Below are positions 56,536 to 64,000 of a stretch of DNA of 64,000 nt, piece by piece. The position numbers and the translations under genes are program-made. The stretch spans positions 86,862,001 to 86,926,000 of the forward strand of contig OX597819.1 of assembly GCA_951406725.2 (NCBI GenBank), read 5' to 3'. The notes below the pieces were generated by a model. It was not told the origin of the DNA, searched no databases, and was given only the letters and a program-made list of their open reading frames with translations. Position 1 is the first letter of the stretch; every line of letters begins with the position of its first letter. This DNA is from Octopus vulgaris. Taxonomy: Eukaryota.

Positions 56536-56923
56536 GTATATTATAAAAAATTTGGGATTTTATATATACGTATATTTATACGTATAAATGTGTCAATATA
56601 TATGTATTATGTTACGTGTATGCATGTAAGCACCTATGTATATAAGAGGATGAGGTTGCACTCATATACATACATATAAACACACAAACACACACATATA
56701 TATATATATTTATATATATATATATATATATTTACATATATATATATATACATATATATACATATTTACATATATATATATATATTTACATATATATATA
56801 TTTACATTATATATATATATATATATATTATATTTTTCCTTTTTCTTTTTCCTCCTATTAGATTTACTTCCCTTATATTTAACGATTTTTCGTAGTGTCT
56901 GTTGCCATTGATAGCTCACGAGA

Positions 56924-56997
<74 letters not shown>

Positions 56998-57299
56998 CAT
57001 CATCATCATATATACTACGAAGCTGTATAGCATTACCTTTAATTTTTTAGTTTATATAACAGTGGTGCCCCATCATATCAGCAGCTTTGAAGCTGAAACA
57101 ATTTAAAGATTTAAAGAGTTATACTGTATTACATAGACCAACACATGTTTCAATTGCACCTATTAGTAACCGTTGCAATTACAACTCTACTATGAAACCG
57201 GTGTAGTTTTTTAGGGTCTTAACTTGATATCCTTCGATTTGGCCGTTTAAATATTTTCTTTTATCTACTCTGCTTTGTATAATATAAGTTAGACGCGAA

Positions 57300-59545
57300 C
57301 AAGTTTTTAGTGGATAATCATCTTTAGTCCATTATTTCAAAACCTTCTATTGTTTAAACTATTATTATTCTTTTATACTTTGCAAATGTTAATTTCCTCA
57401 GTGCGTGTTCCTGTAATGTAATTTATTACATTACACTTGGATGTGAAAATCCTATAAAATTCTTCTAAACATAACTCACATCTATTGGTTTCGGGTCTGC
57501 TATGGTTTTGCTGTACAAATTAATTCCCATCTAATAGGTATAGTCTTTGTTAGTGTCCTTAAAAGACTAGAAAAATTTGTTAAGACTCGTCTGGAACCTT
57601 TTATTTTTCTCCTTAAATGAACTCAAATGATTTGCCAACCTTCTCTTGAAAATTAATGATGTCCCGCCGATGTAAAAGAATTCCTTACCCTCAGATGTAA
57701 CTTTACATCTATACATTACATTTTTGTCTTAACCTTGTTTTCCACACAAAAGGACCCCCGTTTAAAACAACTGCAAGGATAATCTTTTATATTTTCTCTC
57801 AGATTTAGCTTTAATTTGATCATTCATCGTAGAATTAGATTCAAATCCACCAAGTTCTTTATTAGTATTTACTCCTTTAGATAACGTTATCTTTATTCTA
57901 ATTCTAGCTGAATTTTTATTCGATCTGACGTCAACTATGTTAAATTTAGTTGTTTCCCTTTCCATGATATTTAAATTCCTAGCGTTCCCTTCTATTTGAG
58001 CTTTTTTCTTTTATTCCATTTGACGTTATTACGCTTAATATTTACTATGCTATTCTCATTATAATCGATTCTTTGAAATTTCGGTATTATTTTAACGTTA
58101 TGTGTTGCAATAAGTTGTGCAATAATGTTACTAAGACAAAAAGCCATTATAATCTTATAAAAAATTTTGTAATATTTGTGATTGCTTGCAAAATATTTTT
58201 GAATTGCTATACTAAAGAATTTAGAAAATTTGTAATTTATCTATTTACCAAATGGAATGATTACCCATGAAGTATTCTTCGAGTTAAGGTCATAATCGTG
58301 ATGCATATGTCCGTTTTTCGAAGGCGTAAGTTTTCTCTGATTTTGATCCATATTGAAGTTAGTGTTTATTTTATTTTTAACTTTAAATCTTTTAGTTGTT
58401 TTTATATTAAAATAATTTGAGATTTTATTAGAGAATACCACATCCTCATTTTTATTAGCAGTACGAGAAATTTTAACCTGGTCATCAACAATCTTACGAT
58501 TTTTCCTTTTTTTTTTTTATTATACTGTTCATTTGACTATTTTCTCTGTTAAAATCACTTACTCTTGTTATTTTATCAATTTCTATATTTGATTTTAAAT
58601 CCCCATTACTACCTTTCATATAAGTAGATTTGTTCATAGTACTAGATCTGCATAATTAAAATTGCTATTTAAATCAGATTCATTATTTGACTTCTTAAAC
58701 ATAATTTTATCCTTATATCCCGCTTTCCTAAGTGCCAAGTTATAATAGATTTCATTAAATTTGAAAATATTCTCATTGGCAAATAATTTAGTTATTCTAG
58801 ACTAAATGTTTGTTATTAGTGAGTTTGTTACTGATTTGGAATGATTACTTCTAATATTCATATATTTTTGTTTTCAATAGGTGTATGAAAGGGTTTATAA
58901 ATTCTGTTTTCAATCTTCAATGTAACATCTAAGAAATTTAGTCATGTTTATCTTCTATCGTTATAGTTAGCTCTATATTTTTAAAGAATCTCAAAAATTT
59001 GTTTCTATATTTTTCTAACATTCTACTGGAGGTGTTTACAATTGTAAAAAGTGCATCATCCTTATATAAACCTCCTGCTATTTCAGGGAATTTCTTATTT
59101 AGAGAAAAAGATATATAAATTCCCACGAAATCAGTAACCTGTGCCGAATCCATAGAACCCATACGTATGTTAAGTCAAACATATCCGGTCAATCTTTTCT
59201 ATTCCAATATTTATCCCAAAGTTTAATGATAGATTTTTTAGCCGCCAAAATATTTTATTACGAATTATTGCCGAATTTTTCTTTGCAAACATCAGCGCCA
59301 TATTAGATAGTATCGGGTTTATAGAATCATAGTAATTTGAAATATCTATCTAGATAAATTTAGTTTCATCTTTATTTTGCATTTGTGTAAACTAGCTAAT
59401 CACTTCATATGAACTGGACCAAAGATTTAGCTTTATTATATTTCTATGTTTCGGTATACATTTATCTAATATGAATTTACTAATTTTACCAATATCAGAT
59501 TTAGAGGGACATATAAGTCTAACACTTGGATTTGTATTAAAGTTG
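57300..59545 (-). mobile_element. Decayed Penelope-like retroelement, RT + linker + GIY-YIG
   Basis: RT MGSMDSAQVTDFVGIYI...GLYKDDALF...NFLDVT; linker WVIIPFG...KYFASNHKYYKIF; EN NVMYRCKVTSEGKEFFYIGGTSLIFKRRLANHLSSF...RCELCLEEF; many stops and frameshifts. Confidence 0.85.
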
Positions 59546-59627
59546 TGTGTGTGTGTGTGTCTATGTGTTTATATATACATACATACATACATACATACAG
59601 GCATGCATTGCATACATGCATACATAC

Positions 59628-59712
<85 letters not shown>

Positions 59713-60181
59713 GTTTTGCTTCTATCTAGCTTTTTATAGATTTTAGCATTTTACCCTTCAGCTAAACTGGATTACCAAGACTTTCCCACTGACTCTAAAT
59801 GAAATACGTCCACAAGAGCTGAATTGTCTAAAGCTTCAATGATTTTGATAAAAATGATGTAAACACGACTAAATACATCGATAGGGCACCAGAATACCAA
59901 AAGTTGCTATTTCATGCTTTTCATGTGTTTTTAGAAAGCATTTATTTAAGACAAGAAGGAACTGCCTCTACAAATTGCACACAATTTAATGCTCTTTCAT
60001 TTAAACAAAAATCTGGTTGATGCAGAAAATTTCAATTTCAAATACACAAGACATGCTGTATACTAGAGGATAATTGTATACTTCTATCAAAATCTAACGA
60101 CCCAAAGAAGGAAGATGCCCTTAAAAGAGCGATAATAGATAGAATACAAATAAAAAATATATTTTAAAATATCTATCTTAC

Positions 60182-60307
60182 CTGTTGCAAGTTTGTAGAT
60201 CCCACCACCGCTGATGATAGCAATAGCTAATAACTTCGCAAATGTTAAAACGTTTTGAACTGTTGTCGCTACTCGAACACTCCATGCATTTATAAATGCA
60301 ATGAGTA
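60182..60307 (-). CDS. SLC7A9: SLC7 light-chain amino-acid transporter (b(0,+)AT/SLC7A9-like), internal exon, 126 bp, phase 1-1
   Basis: Acceptor ttttccatatttcTAG and donor GTAAG on the minus strand; encodes LIAFINAWSVRVATTVQNVLTFAKLLAIAIISGGGIYKLAT(G), the SLC7 NxxSVR...QN.FT.AK segment; joins in frame to the 26777-26876 exon. Confidence 0.9.
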
Positions 60308-60649
60308 CTAGAAATATGGAAAAGAAAATTAATATACAGTTATTCAATCAATAACAATCACAGTTTAAATTGTGCGGAATATATTTTCTCTCAATTTAAA
60401 GATCATTTAGATAATTTACAAACTTATGTAATTGTGATAATAAATAAAAACTAAATACTAGAGATATTAAGATTGAACTTTTGGTACTCAAAGCCTGTAT
60501 TCATATTCACAGCGTATATTTTGTGATGATACAGGACCGGACATACGTGCACACATAATACATACATTATATCTCCTGAGCAAGCTGGAGGAAAGTAGGA
60601 AATGTAGGGCTCTATACAGCAGCTCATAATAAAATGATTCACAAAAAAA

Positions 60650-61751
60650 GCAGTGAAAGATCGCAGGGACTTAACCTTAGCGTGGTTTGACTACCAGAAG
60701 GGTTTTAATAGTATACCATATGAGTGTATTATTAAGGTTTTATAGTTGGACATCAGTTCACTGAATAGATAGTACATAGGTACTTGTACGAAGAACACAA
60801 ACCATAGAAGGAATTGATCATGTCAAAAGCTTGGTTTGGAATACCGACAAGTTTATGGCATCCCATTTCGAACGCTACCTCCATGCAATTCAAGAAGAGA
60901 TTACCACCAAGTACCTACAGCATAAAAAGCAGAAAACATTGACACGTAACAAATGTAGGCTATGGAAAACCAAGACTGAAGTCGTCAATTACCTTATTGG
61001 CAACTGCGAGAGCATGTCTTCATGATATTATCTTCCCATGAGGCATGATACGGTGGCCTGAATAGTCTGGAAAGGGATAAAGGTTAAAGATCTCCTTTGG
61101 TCATGAATGACTGAATGACCATGGGATTGCAGCTAGAATATTCCCTCCGAGGCATAAATTCGAGGAAGGTTGTTTATGGAAACATACCAGCCTCCCCTCT
61201 CCACGCCACCGATGTTATCCAGAGTAAAGGTAAAGGCTGATACAGTTTGGCACCAGTAAAGTTGCGACTCATTTAGAGCTGAGTGAACTGGAGCAACGTG
61301 AAATAAAGTGTCTTACTCAAGAACACAACACAGCCAGGAGTATGCTGAGACCTATGGGTTAAAAAAAATAATGGTGGAACTTAAAAATTAGAACAGCCTC
61401 CGAAATAAAGCCCCACCGACAAGATATTGTTGTGATCACAAGAAAAAGATGTTCCATTGTGGAAATCAGTTACCCTCGGGACACCGATGTAGTTAGAAAA
61501 GTACAAGAGAAAGAGTACATCGGTGGAACATTGATAAGGGATTTTCAAATCCATTACCCAAGATGCACAATTTCAATTTCATACCTGTTACTGCTGGAGC
61601 AACAGGATATATACAAACCCGTTTGGAGCAAAGTATAGCTGAACTTGGGTTCTTGGGAAGAGAACGCAGATTCTTAATTTGTACATTACAAATGATTATG
61701 ATATCTGGAACTATAAAAGTCTACAAGACCTTCATAAAAGTTAAAGGCTGA
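60650..61751 (+). mobile_element. R4/Dong-like LINE remnant (RT piece, Zn finger, RHD, restriction-like endonuclease) interrupted by a SINE (~61080-61335)
   Basis: LTLAWFDYQKGFNSIP; HAIQEEITTKYL...KCRL...LIGNC...MRHDTVA; HRQDIVV...IVEISYP...FIPVTAGATG. Confidence 0.75.
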
Positions 61752-63054
61752 TGAATAAAACAAGATGCTTTCTTTCAAAACCTTGCTACGAAACAGGTGG
61801 CTGGCCAAAATTTTTTCTACATACATACATGTATACATATATACATACGCAATGCTCTATTTCTCTAAAGACATTTTAACTGTTGTTTTGATGTCCTCAT
61901 TATAGAGTTTAATGCTATCGCTTTCAGAACTGATCTCCGACCCTACTGTTTCTTGTTTTGCGAAAAACAAACAAACAAACAAAAACTAAACGTTAATTAC
62001 TATGCAGAAATCAACAGTTTCATGCACGTATACCAACTATATTACTTATACAATTGAATAAAAATACAACAATCTAAAACCTAAAATAACAACCGGGTCA
62101 TGGACCTGGTCGCCACAAACTTAATGTTTACTGAATAAAAAATAACCTTTGCTATAAATATCAATGCAAAAATTGAAATTGTTTCTTTGGAGAAAAGAAA
62201 TGGGTGGATGTATGTTTTAATATTCGCAAATCACAATAGCTGGTTACAAAAATATCTTCTTACATGGGAACAGAGCCACACATCTATCATAGAGGAGTAT
62301 AGTAGAAAAAGTATAGCGGTTTAATACATTAAGCATTCATGGAACTCCGGAAATAAAACCAGTTCTGATAGGATTTAAACGTGAACATAAACAAGACTAA
62401 ATATTATAACGTATCTAATCTAATAGTCTATAGTTATTAAATAAGCGATAAGTGTATTGTAAATATTATAACATTACAATGCACTTGTCACTGCATTTAA
62501 TTATATCTTAAGCTGGTTCAAGGTTTCAAATTATAGGCGAGACAAGCCTATAATAATGAGTTATCATACAAGCACAAAGCTATGTTACTAAATTGAAGGA
62601 CATAATCAACTGAATCGACCTCGGAAGGATAAAAGACATTGTTGACTGAATGTAAATTTAGAAAATATCTGAAAGAAACTAAACTCTCTGATTCATTTAA
62701 TAAACCATCCTTGTTCTTGTTAAAATAATTTTTTCGGTAATATCCGTTTGTTACCCTTTAAGTGACCGTTTTCAGAAACATACTACAAACATACTGGATG
62801 TATGCAATAGCATCTCACATATTCTGAAACCCATGGATCACTCCCTCAATTGTTCTGGTCCCTCCTACAACCTCACCAACTTTATGGTCCAAAGGTGACC
62901 TAGAAACTCAGTAAACTAAGGCTCATCTTCCTATCAGGAACCTTGGCCCTAAATGCTATGAATAATTATCTTAATTCCTGTAATTATGACAACCTTCCTG
63001 AAATACCACACCTTTCACCTCACGAGATTATCTGTTTTGTTTCTTGATAACATA

Positions 63055-63260
63055 TGTAGGGGTCCTGAAAAGTTTCTGGTTCTAAGGTATCGCAGAAGGC
63101 CTGGTTTGCAGCATTCAGAGTTCTTTTACAGGGCTTAGAAAAATTGAATGACTGCTGCAATAAGTGCGTGAGTCTGAAAGAGGAATATGTTGAATAAAAT
63201 CATACTTGATCCTCCTATATTTTCATTTATCCAAAGCCAGGAACTTTCAATGCCCCTTCG
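63055..63260 (+). mobile_element. mariner-derived MITE, 206 bp
   Basis: Imperfect TIRs tgtaggggtcctgaaaagtttctggttct / aaagccaggaactttcaatgccccttcg, TA on both sides; retains the mariner C-terminus LEKLNDCCNKCVSLKEEYVE*. Confidence 0.75.
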
Positions 63261-64000
63261 TACATTCCATATGTTTATGTATGATACACTGGTTATCTCA
63301 TACCACACTACCAGTCTGGCCATTCTACGCCCCTCCTACCACCTTTTACTACACTTAATTTATTCTATCTTTCTGTCAGACCCACGAACCGACTACATTT
63401 CTCTCAGCATTCTTTCTTCACATCGTATCCTCACTTCTTATTCAGTTCGTTTACTTCCCCATTCCTTTCTATGACTTGACCTCTTTGTTGGAGGATCTTT
63501 GTTCGAGCCGGCAAATTTTTATACTCCTTATAGCAGCTAATATTGTGATGGTTATGCTTTCTAATGCCATTAATAATGTAAGGAAAGTAGCCTTAAATGA
63601 ATACTAAAACCGCTCTTCAATCTCTACCTAACAGAAATTTATAACTGGATAGTTTTCGCTTTACTATCCTGTAGAGCTTTCTTCATATCTTTCCATACAC
63701 AAACACCTCACCTCATGTACTGTCATTTCTCTCGCTACTCTTACCACTGTTAACACTATGACCGCTACTCCCTAGAGTTGGCTGCATTTGTGTCACTTCC
63801 ACAGAGGACTCCTGTATCAAATTCCCCCTACAATACTCCTCTTGTTACCCGTATTGTCTATCCATGAGGTTCTACATTTTCCAGCACGCCAATCCTTCTT
63901 CCTTTAAACTTTATCCTGCAGGAACCCCTTCCATATGCATGTTTTTCTGCAACCGTTAACCTTTAAATATGTGATAAGGACATCTACAGTATCACCCTAT

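Noticed and set aside
57285-57335. HHR downstream of the large PLE
   Set aside because: The core is too degenerate (CTAAAGA, no GAAA, stems not recoverable).

Overview
AT-rich, microsatellite-dense eukaryotic DNA. The SINE, LINE and simple-repeat profile suggests an octopus or other coleoid cephalopod; this is inferred from the repeats and not database-checked. The whole window lies inside one minus-strand gene, an SLC7 light-chain amino-acid transporter most like b(0,+)AT/SLC7A9. Four internal exons (126, 100, 45 and 124 bp) have canonical splice sites and join in frame across introns of 33.3, 7.2 and 15.0 kb. The introns are filled with decayed Tc1/mariner, pogo, RTE, R4/Dong-like and Penelope-like (PLE) elements and with several tRNA-derived SINE families. 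Almost all ORFs in the supplied track are microsatellite artefacts. The most striking hidden signal is about a dozen type I hammerhead ribozyme (HHR) cores plus several half-cores, from many distinct short families. They cluster at 4.7-7.1 kb, 14.6-15.1 kb and 54.6-55.9 kb. They tend to share one architecture: an HHR with a short palindromic stem III, then a 60-200 nt tail, then a (TA)n junction. Often an inverted copy of the tail is fused at or just 5' of the ribozyme, forming fold-back hairpins. Two decayed PLE coding remnants (one GIY-YIG, one RT + GIY-YIG) in the same window are candidate relatives of the mobilising partner.
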